Origin: Thermoplasmatota archaeon | GTDB taxonomy: Archaea; Thermoplasmatota; Thermoplasmata; Thermoplasmatales; GCA-001856825 | Length of the DNA stretch: 64,000 bases | NCBI GenBank assembly: GCA_023381415.1 | Contig: JAMCUN010000020.1 | Location: 7,070 to 71,069, forward strand | Direction of reading: 5' to 3' | Shown: positions 19,630 through 28,278 of the stretch, piece by piece | Position numbering within the stretch: the stretch's first letter is position 1 | How the letters are laid out: each line of letters starts with the position of its first letter | Made by a program: the position numbers and the translations under genes | Notes under the pieces: model-generated | Told to the model about the DNA's origin: nothing | Seen by the model: only the letters and a program-made list of their open reading frames with translations | Databases searched by the model: none

Positions 19630-19857
19630 TTACCTCGTGAAAGAAAAGACTGCTCCAATGATACTTATAATTGATGAGAGGAGCATGAATGATGTCGGTG
19701 GTATGAGTATCACTAACGGCAGAAGAGCTGCCTGGTAAAATGAAAGATCTATGGCAATCCCTCTCCTAGGATCACCGAATGATATGGAACTGGAGATGAA
19801 TGGAGTGAGCTATGCACCTTAGGATGTGGTAAGAAGGATAAAGGGTTCATTTCTCAT
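19630..19857 (-). pseudogene. Internally deleted remnant of an MFS transporter paralog (N-terminal ~59 codons joined to the last ~17 codons, with two nonsense codons)
   Basis: My translation: MRNEPFILLTTS*GA*LTPFISSSISFG...FYQAALLPLVILIPPTSFMLLSSIISIIGAVFSFTR*. Compare the intact gene 21481-22860: MRKESLVLLTTSLAAFLTPFISSSISFG...ASFMLL // ...VMLLSSVISLIGAIFSFLR*. The roughly 70 nt upstream are also similar (19858-19925 vs 22861-22925). Confidence 0.8.
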
Positions 19858-20259
19858 TAGGGAACAGCTTCATCGGGAATATGGACTTTTTACCATTCCT
19901 TTTCACAATAATCAATTCCGAATGACACCCAAAGATATCAACGCTGAAAAATCATTCCTATTGACGGACATCCTTTGAAAAAGTATTCGACACGGACACA
20001 CTCGGAGCAAACATTTATCTCGTTACAACAGCATCAAATTTCGAACTGGTAGCAATCATAGGCGAGACTGTTTACAGAAGCATAGATTGAATGAAACCTT
20101 TAAAATTTTAGTACGAATATGAGGATGATAGGGGGAATAAAAGGTGATGGAAGAACGCTTTGACCAAAATGCGACTGTTTTCTTAAATTAGAGAAACAAA
20201 TTCTTTGGATAATTTGACTTTTTCATCTTACCCTGGATGTTCCAGACGGCCATAGCATA

Positions 20260-20688
20260 TCACCTCCGCTTCATCGGACGAATTGCACTATCGCACATTT
20301 CAACGATTTTTGCGGTTTCTTTTGAAAACCTTTCGTACTTCACTCTCATGTCTTCCAAGGTAGACCTCGTTTCAAAAATATACCCGCTGATGGACCTTAA
20401 GGTGGAAAGAGAATTAAGTGTATGGACGAATTCGTCTATATCTTTACCGAGTTTTTTAGACAGTGTCGCATCTTCCTTAACTGCCCTCATAACCATATCC
20501 CCGATAGAGTGCGTCTTTGGTGCGTCGACTCCAGTGAAGAACAGTAAAGCCTTCAATGCAATTTCCGCGGACATTTCCAGACTATAGACTGCTAGGTCAT
20601 AATTTCCGGCACTCGCATTAGCGACGGACGAGGAAAGCCATCTCTTAGCACTCTCAATAGCGTCCCTAGCTATGCCTTTGTCTTCCAT
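20260..20688 (-). CDS. HEPN-domain protein (toxin-like partner of the adjacent nucleotidyltransferase)
   Basis: 142 aa, all-helical. NYDLAVYSLEMSAEIALKALL and PKTHSIGDM resemble archaeal HEPN proteins. Overlaps the upstream MNT gene by 19 nt. Confidence 0.7.
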   Translation of the reverse strand: MEDKGIARDAIESAKRWLSSSVANASAGNYDLAVYSLEMSAEIALKALLFFTGVDAPKTHSIGDMVMRAVKEDATLSKKLGKDIDEFVHTLNSLSTLRSISGYIFETRSTLEDMRVKYERFSKETAKIVEMCDSAIRPMKRR

Positions 20689-21263
20689 TTCAGTACCACC
20701 CCACCTTCGGCAATCTCCCTCCTCCAGTTAATGTTCCGCTTTATGTCCGTCATGAAATTCGTTAGCGCATCTCTTCTTTCGAAAAGTATTACCCCTTCAT
20801 CCACTATGCTTAAGTATATAGGCCTGAAGATTTTCAAATCTTCCAGTGACAGTATAAGAGGCCTAATTCTTAGATAAAACCCCATCTGGACCAGTGGAGC
20901 CCTCAGTTCTTCAACCCCGTCAATTGATTCCTCAATTTCATCGATGCAGTTTATTGCATTTCCTCTAATTGCTATCAAAACATCAATATCGCTATCTTTC
21001 CGGTACAAACCTCTTGCAACAGAGCCGAAAAGCATTATTCCCATAACTTTCTCTTTCCTGGTTATTAAGTCCACGAAACCGTTGATGTAGTCGCGTACTT
21101 CCTTTTTCAGGCGTAGGAAACGAAGTCTTCGACCAACAAACTCCTCTATAACGTCCTTGGAGGTTGCCCTCCTTCCAATCTCCCGGGAAAGAAATTCTTT
21201 TGCCTCATTCACTTCCATTACAGTTGATTCGTCTAAAAGCATCTGTTTGAGTTTTCCACTCAT
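20670..21263 (-). CDS. Minimal nucleotidyltransferase (MNT) with a ~70-aa N-terminal extension
   Basis: LFGSVARGLYRKDSDIDVLIAI is the GS-x(n)-DxD nucleotidyltransferase motif. I prefer the ATG at 21263 (MSGKLKQ), preceded by an AT-rich TATA-like stretch. The track ORF starts at 21290. Confidence 0.75.
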   Translation of the reverse strand: MSGKLKQMLLDESTVMEVNEAKEFLSREIGRRATSKDVIEEFVGRRLRFLRLKKEVRDYINGFVDLITRKEKVMGIMLFGSVARGLYRKDSDIDVLIAIRGNAINCIDEIEESIDGVEELRAPLVQMGFYLRIRPLILSLEDLKIFRPIYLSIVDEGVILFERRDALTNFMTDIKRNINWRREIAEGGVVLKWKTKA

Positions 21264-21480
21264 CAAGATATGTATAATAACAATATACATAAGACTTATG
21301 TATATTTGTTTTCAATAAACAACGTCCTTACGCAGAAAAAGCTAAGAGTCCTTACTGACAGCAGTACACATCAAGCATATGACCGGATAATTTTACTCGC
21401 TATTGTTCACTGACAAGAAGACCAGACCGACCGAATTTCTCGCACTCCGCAGAAATCCTATAAGGAATTGAATGATGCTT

Positions 21481-22860
21481 CTACCTCAGGAAAGAAAAGA
21501 TTGCCCCTATCAGGCTTATAACTGACGATAGGAGCATCACCCACCTGAACCCTGAAATGAAATTCTGGTAGTATGCATTGCCAATGGATACGTAAATTCC
21601 TGAAAATATGCCGACCATAATCTTCCTGGGTATCTCGAGGGAAAGTATGTAGGAGGCGAGAATGATGCTTGAAAGCTGCCCTATAAACCTCATTGTGCCC
21701 AGGAACCCGGAAGCAAGTCCGGAGAATTCCAACTTTATAGAACCCATCACAGAATTTGTGTTAGGCGCAGAGAAGAGTCCAAATCCTGCTCCCAGGAGAG
21801 TAAGGAGCAGCACTATCTCAAGGAATGACGGCTCCCTCAGGATGAAGAACAATAGAAATGATATTCCTATTGCGACCATCCCTGTCGATGCTATCCCTCT
21901 TGAACCTAATTTGTCTGAAAGCCTCCCCGAGACTGGTGACATCAGGACCATCATAACAGGCTCGGGAAGTATGTATATTCCAGACAGGAAAGGTGAGACC
22001 TTTAGGACCACCTGAAGGTAGACTGAAAATACAAAGACTATCGAGAACGTTCCGACGTAGTTAAGAAGGGCTGCGATGTTGGATGCGAGGAACGTTCTCT
22101 TCATCTCCATCATCCTTCCTGATATCAGAGGATTCTCGGACCTGGTCTCGTCAACTATGAACAGGGCAAGGGCGATGATGAATAGAAGAAGCAGAGGAAG
22201 GAGTGTCAGAAATCCGTATAAGTATCCGAAGGACAGGTAGGTAGATATGGATACGAGGAGAATAGAAAAGAGGAGTGAACTGTACACCCTCATCCCCACT
22301 GCACCTCGGATGTCGCTGTTCAAGCTTACAAACGATAGGAGAAGGCTTAGAATTGCAATCGGAATGACCACCAGGAATATCGATTCCCATCCAATGAATT
22401 CAATCAGTACCCCGCTCAGGAATGGAGACATGGTGAGGCCCAGATAGACTGACATAGCATTTATACCGAGAGCAAACCCCCTTCCAGTCCTGAAGTGATA
22501 ACTGACTATGGCGGTGGCATTAGCGCTAATCATCGATGCACCCACTCCGACGACAAACAGGGATAATACAAGGGCGACAAAGTCCCTGGAAAGAATTGAG
22601 AGTATCGCCCCAACAGTAAATATCGAAAGGCCGATCCTTAAGAACCTCACCCTTCCCAGAGCATCTGAGACCCTTCCAAGGAGGAGCATGAACGATGCAA
22701 GTGGTATCAGTATCACCAACGGCAGTAGTGCTGCCTGGTAAAATGAAAGGCCAAATGCATCCCCGATCCTAGGGATGCCGAATGATATGGAACTGGAGAT
22801 GAATGGAGTGAGGAATGCGGCCAAGGATGTGGTAAGAAGGACAAGGGATTCCTTTCTCAT
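21481..22860 (-). CDS. MFS transporter (drug/H+ antiporter-like)
   Basis: 459 aa, 12-14 helices. The loop motif GRVSDALGRVRFL (MFS motif A) lies between TM2 and TM3. Confidence 0.85.
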   Translation of the reverse strand: MRKESLVLLTTSLAAFLTPFISSSISFGIPRIGDAFGLSFYQAALLPLVILIPLASFMLLLGRVSDALGRVRFLRIGLSIFTVGAILSILSRDFVALVLSLFVVGVGASMISANATAIVSYHFRTGRGFALGINAMSVYLGLTMSPFLSGVLIEFIGWESIFLVVIPIAILSLLLSFVSLNSDIRGAVGMRVYSSLLFSILLVSISTYLSFGYLYGFLTLLPLLLLFIIALALFIVDETRSENPLISGRMMEMKRTFLASNIAALLNYVGTFSIVFVFSVYLQVVLKVSPFLSGIYILPEPVMMVLMSPVSGRLSDKLGSRGIASTGMVAIGISFLLFFILREPSFLEIVLLLTLLGAGFGLFSAPNTNSVMGSIKLEFSGLASGFLGTMRFIGQLSSIILASYILSLEIPRKIMVGIFSGIYVSIGNAYYQNFISGFRWVMLLSSVISLIGAIFSFLR

Positions 22861-23024
22861 CAGGGAATAGTTTCATCTGGAATATGGACTTTGTACCATT
22901 TCTTTTCGCATTAATCCAGTAAAACTAAACAAAATATATCTAACTTCAATTGGAACAGGAAACTTTTAAAGTGACCAAACATTTTTAAGTCAACTCGTTT
23001 TGCTACAGAGGGAGCTAAAACTAA

Positions 23025-24284
23025 ATGAACAGAGGAGGATATGCCAGGTGGATTGTGGTTGCCATAGTGATCGTTATGATGCTGTCTCCTGTGGTTCAAG
23101 TTGCTGGGGCCCATACCCCATACAACTCAGGGAGAACAGAACACAGCACAACTAACAACCTTGTTCCTTCAAGAGGACCTGGGATTTCCAAAACAGGTCA
23201 GGCGGTAAACGTCAACAACCTCTACTCATCCGAGCCAGCTCCGATGGGCATTGCAGACTATGGGATAGGTCCAGGCGGAAGTCCTTATAATTATTCAACC
23301 ACTTCATTCCTTGGGAGGGTAGATATAAAGAACCTTCAGACATACAATGCCTCGCTCAACGGAACTGCGACTGAACTGACGTTCCAGTTGAATATAAACT
23401 ACGTCTTCTACGTTGGGTCGAAGAAGTACGTTTACTGGGCCCAGAACGTGGCAGATTTCAATACGTCCGCATCCCAGTCAATAGGGTTCATCGACAACAT
23501 ATGGAATGAAACAAAGGGTGATTCTAGTGTCTACAACTCCACTCTCAATGGCAACGGCACGGTAAGTAATTCATCCGGCACATTCTTCTATTATTCGTTT
23601 GCAAACCAGAGCCTTCCCGGCAATGACATATACGTCACCTACCCCCTGAGTATAGAGATGGAGATCAATTCAACTACCAACTCCAAGGGCCTTCCTGAAC
23701 TTGTCTTCATGTACAACGACGGGCATGGTTGGCAGACATACGATAATGTCATCTTCAGATTCGCGACTAGCGTTTCAAGAATAGATGGATTTGTGGTAGA
23801 CGGCTTCCAGTACGAACCGGACGGCTATTCTTTCTATGACGCAGAGCTGATACTGGGTGGGCCCGGAGATGGGACCCAGACCTACGACGTCAGTTCATCC
23901 GTCTCGCTTCAGCTTGAATATTTCAACGGACACAACTACCAGACGGTCACGAATGCATACAACTTTGGCAGCAATACGGCTGAAGGGATATCAAACGTCA
24001 CTTCTACCGCCAATTATTACAAATCAAACGGGTCCCTATTCGCATCAGTTGTTAATGGCCCTGGACATCTTGCACAGATATACAACAGGAGCCAGATAGG
24101 GATACTGAACATATCCGCAAATGGCACGTCCGGCTACGTGCTGGTTAACAGCACAAGGTACAGCTATGTCGGAGGGAGTGCAAACTTCACTCTTGGACCG
24201 GGCAATTACGACATAAAGGTCTACAGTTCAAAGAACGTACTTATGGTCCAGAGAAATGAAACAATTGGCGCAGGTGGGTACTAA
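23025..24284 (+). CDS. Thermopsin-family (peptidase A5) acid protease domain with signal peptide. Ends at an in-frame TAA.
   Basis: Signal peptide: WIVVAIVIVMMLSPVVQVAGA. EPAPMGIADYGIGPGG, YVYWAQNV and GFIDNIWN resemble thermopsin. The stop codon at 24282-24284 is followed by 506 further open codons in the same frame. Confidence 0.8.
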   Translation: MNRGGYARWIVVAIVIVMMLSPVVQVAGAHTPYNSGRTEHSTTNNLVPSRGPGISKTGQAVNVNNLYSSEPAPMGIADYGIGPGGSPYNYSTTSFLGRVDIKNLQTYNASLNGTATELTFQLNINYVFYVGSKKYVYWAQNVADFNTSASQSIGFIDNIWNETKGDSSVYNSTLNGNGTVSNSSGTFFYYSFANQSLPGNDIYVTYPLSIEMEINSTTNSKGLPELVFMYNDGHGWQTYDNVIFRFATSVSRIDGFVVDGFQYEPDGYSFYDAELILGGPGDGTQTYDVSSSVSLQLEYFNGHNYQTVTNAYNFGSNTAEGISNVTSTANYYKSNGSLFASVVNGPGHLAQIYNRSQIGILNISANGTSGYVLVNSTRYSYVGGSANFTLGPGNYDIKVYSSKNVLMVQRNETIGAGGY

Positions 24285-25802
24285 TATCTTTCAACGACAA
24301 GGACATACAAGGCAACTTTTATCAGCTCCGGTATCCCTTCGGGCTCAACCTGGTACCTCAATCTATCCAATGGAGAATCATTCCGTGCTACTTCCCAGAA
24401 CTATTCAATATACATTGCCAATGGGAGCTACACCTTCACTGCATCTTCTGGGGGCATCTATCAGGCCAGCGGAAGCTTTAACGTTTCTGGTTCTAACGTA
24501 ACTGTGAACGTCGTGTTCATATATGTTCCAGTTAGAACGTACGAAGTTACATTTCAGGAATCTGGGTTAATCGCCGGGGAGGAATGGAACATAACGCTGG
24601 ATGGGAGCAAAAGATCATCAACCAACTCATCCATTGTATTCGTGGAAAAGAACGGGACATATAATTTCACGGTTGGGTCTGTGATTGGATATGTCTCATC
24701 CCCTTCCTCAGGGGAGATAAACGTTTCTGGAAGCAACACGAGCGAGAGAATAGTTTTCTCGCCGGAAATTGTCGTGTCCAAATATAGTGTCACATTTGCG
24801 GAGTCAGGTCTTGTAGCTGGATTGTGGTACGTGAATCTGACTGGAGGCCTTGTCTCATATTCTTCAAACAGCACAATGAAATTCCTGCTTTCCAACGGCA
24901 CCTATAACTACTCCGTAGGATCTGGAAATCCTTTCTATGTTCCATACCCAGCTAAAGGTTCCTTTTCCGTTGTAGGGCATTCCCTGAGGATAAATGTAAC
25001 TTTCAGTGAACTGACGCTAACACTTGAATTCAACGAGACTGGCCTGCCTCCAGGATCCCTGTGGTCAGTTACTGTAAACGGAACGACAGGTTACTCCACC
25101 TCCTCAAACGTGACATTCCTGGTGACACCTGGAACTTATGACTACCAGATCATTCCCCCATCAGGGTATACTTCTTCCAAACTCTCCGGAACAGTGAAGG
25201 CGGTCAACTCATCAACTGTAGTCGACGTTGAGTTCACTCAGTATGAATTTAAAGTTACGTTCAATGTATCAGGCATACCCTCAGGAACTCCCTGGACAAT
25301 CACATTTGATGGAGCTTCATTCACCACCTCATACGATTCCGTATCTTTCACCGTTACGGACGGAAGTTATCTATTCTCGATAGAGAACGTGACAGGGTAT
25401 TCGGTGCAGCCGGAGACAGGAACGTTGATAGTAAATGGAAGCTCGCTGAACGAATCGATTGTATTCTCAAAGACCGTAACGGACGGTTACCTAACCGGCT
25501 CAGTAAGCCCAGCTGACGCTACCATAATAGTTAACGGGCAGTACTTCCCGGAGTCAAACGGACAGTTCAACATTTCATTGCCACCCGGAGTGTATGAGGT
25601 GAAGGTTGAGGCATCAGGTTACACGACATACATCGCAAATATCACAATATCACCAGGCACGGCTACGCCATTGCAAATAAGCACACTCGCTAAATCTCCT
25701 GGTTCCTCATCCTCCTCTCTTCTGGAGAAGATAATTGTCGCAATAATCGTGATCATCATAATTTCGCTGGTTGCTTATGCTACAGGAAGGAGAAGGTCTT
25801 GA
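24285..25802 (+). CDS. Same-frame continuation of the thermopsin gene: five GLPxGTxW repeats, a PEGA/carboxypeptidase-regulatory-like domain and a C-terminal TM anchor
   Basis: 24504-23025 = 1479 nt (493 codons), so the frame is the same. My translation of 24285-24503 (YLSTTRTYKATFISSGIPSGSTWYLNLSNG...) contains no stop. There is no signal peptide or convincing independent start. It ends IIVAIIVIIIISLVAYATGRRRS. Confidence 0.6.
   Translation, partial: YLSTTRTYKATFISSGIPSGSTWYLNLSNGESFRATSQNYSIYIANGSYTFTASSGGIYQASGSFNVSGSNVTVNVVFIYVPVRTYEVTFQESGLIAGEEWNITLDGSKRSSTNSSIVFVEKNGTYNFTVGSVIGYVSSPSSGEINVSGSNTSERIVFSPEIVVSKYSVTFAESGLVAGLWYVNLTGGLVSYSSNSTMKFLLSNGTYNYSVGSGNPFYVPYPAKGSFSVVGHSLRINVTFSELTLTLEFNETGLPPGSLWSVTVNGTTGYSTSSNVTFLVTPGTYDYQIIPPSGYTSSKLSGTVKAVNSSTVVDVEFTQYEFKVTFNVSGIPSGTPWTITFDGASFTTSYDSVSFTVTDGSYLFSIENVTGYSVQPETGTLIVNGSSLNESIVFSKTVTDGYLTGSVSPADATIIVNGQYFPESNGQFNISLPPGVYEVKVEASGYTTYIANITISPGTATPLQISTLAKSPGSSSSSLLEKIIVAIIVIIIISLVAYATGRRRS
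24306..25478 (+). repeat. Five tandem ~80-aa repeats of the same type as in the gene at 2360-5437
   Basis: YKATFISSGIPSGSTWY, YEVTFQESGLIAGEEWN, YSVTFAESGLVAGLWY, TLEFNETGLPPGSLWS, FKVTFNVSGIPSGTPWT. Each is followed by NG(T/S)Y.(F/Y). Confidence 0.8.
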
Positions 25803-26111
25803 AATCTAACTCCTTCGCAAGGGAATGGAGGGCATGGATACGGCCAACCCATATTGGCAGGATCTGGATCCTGATATGATCTTCAATCTTCGTACATAAC
25901 AATGATTTAGCCTTCAACGGCAGTGTGGGCCATAAATAACCTGGGGCTTCTGGCGGAAATGAATAGCATCTCTTCTTTAACATGCGGGTTGCCCAGTCAC
26001 TTTTCACCGCACTCATTCCAGAATTTCCATTCCCTCCATTCTAGACATTCCAGTCTCGGAACTTATTCGATGATCTTCCCGTCATTAGTTCAATGGTAAA
26101 AAGAGGGTTTA

Positions 26112-26291
26112 ATGAGCAACGAATCATCTCAGCTTTGGCAACGCCTGTTATTCGAAAAGATTGAAAGGAAGTATTCCAATGAGGTTAACGAAATGCTTTC
26201 TATCAACATGGCTGCAGGAAAGAGGAGGATGCCAAAGGCAACCACTCTTCCAGCTGTTTCCTGCAAGTGGAAGGCGGGGACGGGAAGATGA
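26112..26291 (+). CDS. Possible small ORF (59 aa) coupled to the GT2 gene
   Basis: My own reading: ATG at 26112, TGA at 26289-26291, overlapping the GT2 ATG (26288) as ATGA. It is below the track length cut-off. No motif recognised. Confidence 0.25.
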   Translation: MSNESSQLWQRLLFEKIERKYSNEVNEMLSINMAAGKRRMPKATTLPAVSCKWKAGTGR

Positions 26292-27154
26292 AGAAGACTG
26301 CCATAATATTCAGTTACAACGATGGTGACCTCGTCCTGTCTCCCCTTCAATCTGTGTTGAAAAGCGACGTTGACCAGGTATTTCTCCTTTATGGAGGGGA
26401 ATCCATTTCAAAGGATATAGCACGAATGGAAGATACGAGACTGATTAAAGTGATGGAAAGGGAAAGGAAGGGTAAGGTGAATGCTTTGAATTCCATAGTA
26501 GCGAACGTTTTCGGGGATATTGTGTTCCTCGTCTCTGGGGACGTTTCATTCGATCCATCCCTCATAAGAAAGTGTGAAAATTCTTTCACGGGTACCACAG
26601 GGGTTGCAGTTGTAAAGGTAATCCCATCCAATTCTGGCACCCTCACTGAAAGAGTAGGCGCTTTGATGTGGGAGATGCATGATGTGCAGATGGACTACTT
26701 GTCGAAGATGGGAACTAACGTTCATGGAGGGGAGTTCATATGCGTTAGGAAAGAACTCCTTTGGAATCTTCCAGAGGTGATAAATGAAGACGCATTCTTA
26801 TGTCTAAGAGCTGCTCAAAGAGGACTTTCTGTCAACTATCTGAACGATGAAGAGGTACACAATTTCGTACCTGCCAATCCATTTGACCTGTTACAGCAGA
26901 GGAGGAGGGTGAACTTTGGACACATAGAAATATCTAAGATGGGGCTGGATCCAAGAATTATGGATACCCTAGTGTTCAGCGATAGATCCCTCTTTCTGAA
27001 AATATTCGTTACATTCCTGAAAAGAAAGAGGTGGAATCCGTTCATTCTTTTCGGAGCCATCCTGATTGAAGCGGTCGGAAATCTGTCAGCGAGGATGGAT
27101 TATCTTTTCGGGAAAGACCACAGGAAATGGGCTATGGTGAAGAGACAGAGTTAG
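26288..27154 (+). CDS. Family-2 glycosyltransferase (GT-A fold)
   Basis: TAIIFSYNDGDLV, KGKVNALN and FLVSGDVSFD (DxD-like) fit the GT2 layout. I prefer the ATG at 26288 over the track GTG at 26267. Confidence 0.7.
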   Translation: MKKTAIIFSYNDGDLVLSPLQSVLKSDVDQVFLLYGGESISKDIARMEDTRLIKVMERERKGKVNALNSIVANVFGDIVFLVSGDVSFDPSLIRKCENSFTGTTGVAVVKVIPSNSGTLTERVGALMWEMHDVQMDYLSKMGTNVHGGEFICVRKELLWNLPEVINEDAFLCLRAAQRGLSVNYLNDEEVHNFVPANPFDLLQQRRRVNFGHIEISKMGLDPRIMDTLVFSDRSLFLKIFVTFLKRKRWNPFILFGAILIEAVGNLSARMDYLFGKDHRKWAMVKRQS

Positions 27155-27210
27155 TTAACCAGTTTTTGTCGTTGTAGTAATACTTATATTACCAACTGGT
27201 ATTACTTGTT

Positions 27211-27459
27211 ATGGAAACCATTTCAGCAAAGATCGAAAAGGATACTAAGGAAAAGATGCGGAAGTTCTCACATATCAACTGGAGTGAAGTGATCAGAGAA
27301 TCTATAAAAAACAGAATTGAAGAGGAAGAGTTAAGGACAAGAGTGATAGATAGAAGCAAGATAAAAGAGGCAATCAAGATAGCTGCGACTGTTAGAAAGA
27401 CCTCGAAAGGCTGGAATTCAACGGAAGAGATAAGGAAATGGCGAAATCGAGTAAGCTAG
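27211..27459 (+). CDS. vapB: VapB-type antitoxin
   Basis: 82 aa with INWSEVIRESIKNRIEEEE. Overlaps the downstream PIN gene by 22 nt. Confidence 0.65.
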   Translation: METISAKIEKDTKEKMRKFSHINWSEVIRESIKNRIEEEELRTRVIDRSKIKEAIKIAATVRKTSKGWNSTEEIRKWRNRVS

Positions 27460-27863
27460 TAGTGGATGCTTCTGTTGTCGTAAAATGGTACGTTGATGAG
27501 GAATATTCAGCGCAGGCTTTGAGAATCTTAGAGGAGTATAGCGATGGAAAATTAGATCTGTTGTCCGTACAACTGATGCCATTTGAGGTTCTTAACGCTC
27601 TTAGATATAATCCTTCCATGGGTGTTCGTGATGTAGAAAGAGCCGGAGAGAGTTTATCTAAAGCACAAATAAACTTATTTCCCATCTTGGACCGGCTTTA
27701 TCTTGATTCTATCAGAATTGCAAATGAATATGGTACGACGATTCATGATTCCACATACCTGGCTCTCGCTAAGAGTGAAGGTTGTAATCTTTGCACTGCT
27801 GACGAAAATTTTGTTAAGAGAATTGAACCCGATGGGAATCTGAAACTCTTGAAAGACATGTAG
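27438..27863 (+). CDS. vapC: PIN-domain toxin (VapC)
   Basis: LVVDASVVVKW, MPFEVLNAL, HDSTYLALA and LCTADENF match the four PIN acidic positions. Confidence 0.8.
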   Translation: MAKSSKLVVDASVVVKWYVDEEYSAQALRILEEYSDGKLDLLSVQLMPFEVLNALRYNPSMGVRDVERAGESLSKAQINLFPILDRLYLDSIRIANEYGTTIHDSTYLALAKSEGCNLCTADENFVKRIEPDGNLKLLKDM

Positions 27864-28278
27864 AACGTAATGGAAGCACATCTATTCCTTCGGTTGATCA
27901 AATGTAGGTTCATTCATTTCGTGAAACGACAATGCAGAAATCTTCCATATCAAGAACCCCCTAATCGGCTTAGGAGTGTTTTTCTATAAGGAAATTGATT
28001 AGTCTGGTTGGTCTCTTGGGAACAAAAAGTCTAATCTGGCCTTCCCTGTAGTCCGTACAAAACAAAGTTCATAAGATTCTTCAATTTTTTGGTCTAGCGA
28101 ATCCTCCCATACTTCTTTTCTCATTTCTACAAAGTCAGCTATTCCCATAGGGCCATTAATTTTTCCTTCTTGTTCATTTGTTTCTGCGTCTTACCAATTT
28201 TGACTGCTTTGAAAAGCGAGCTTCTGTATTCCCCAAAAGCCACTGAGAAAGCTTTTAAGGGGTGAGGGATAATCAACT

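Noticed and set aside
24256-24501. 81-aa ORF bridging the thermopsin stop region in another frame
   Set aside because: The in-frame continuation (24285 onward) encodes a clean copy of the GLPxGTxW repeat. The out-of-frame ORF has no such signal.
28090-28190. Minus-strand peptide …NGPMGIADFVEM… recalling the thermopsin PAPMGIADYG motif
   Set aside because: Only six residues match, the DNA sequences are dissimilar, and the open stretch is about 65 codons with no proper start. It is probably coincidence.
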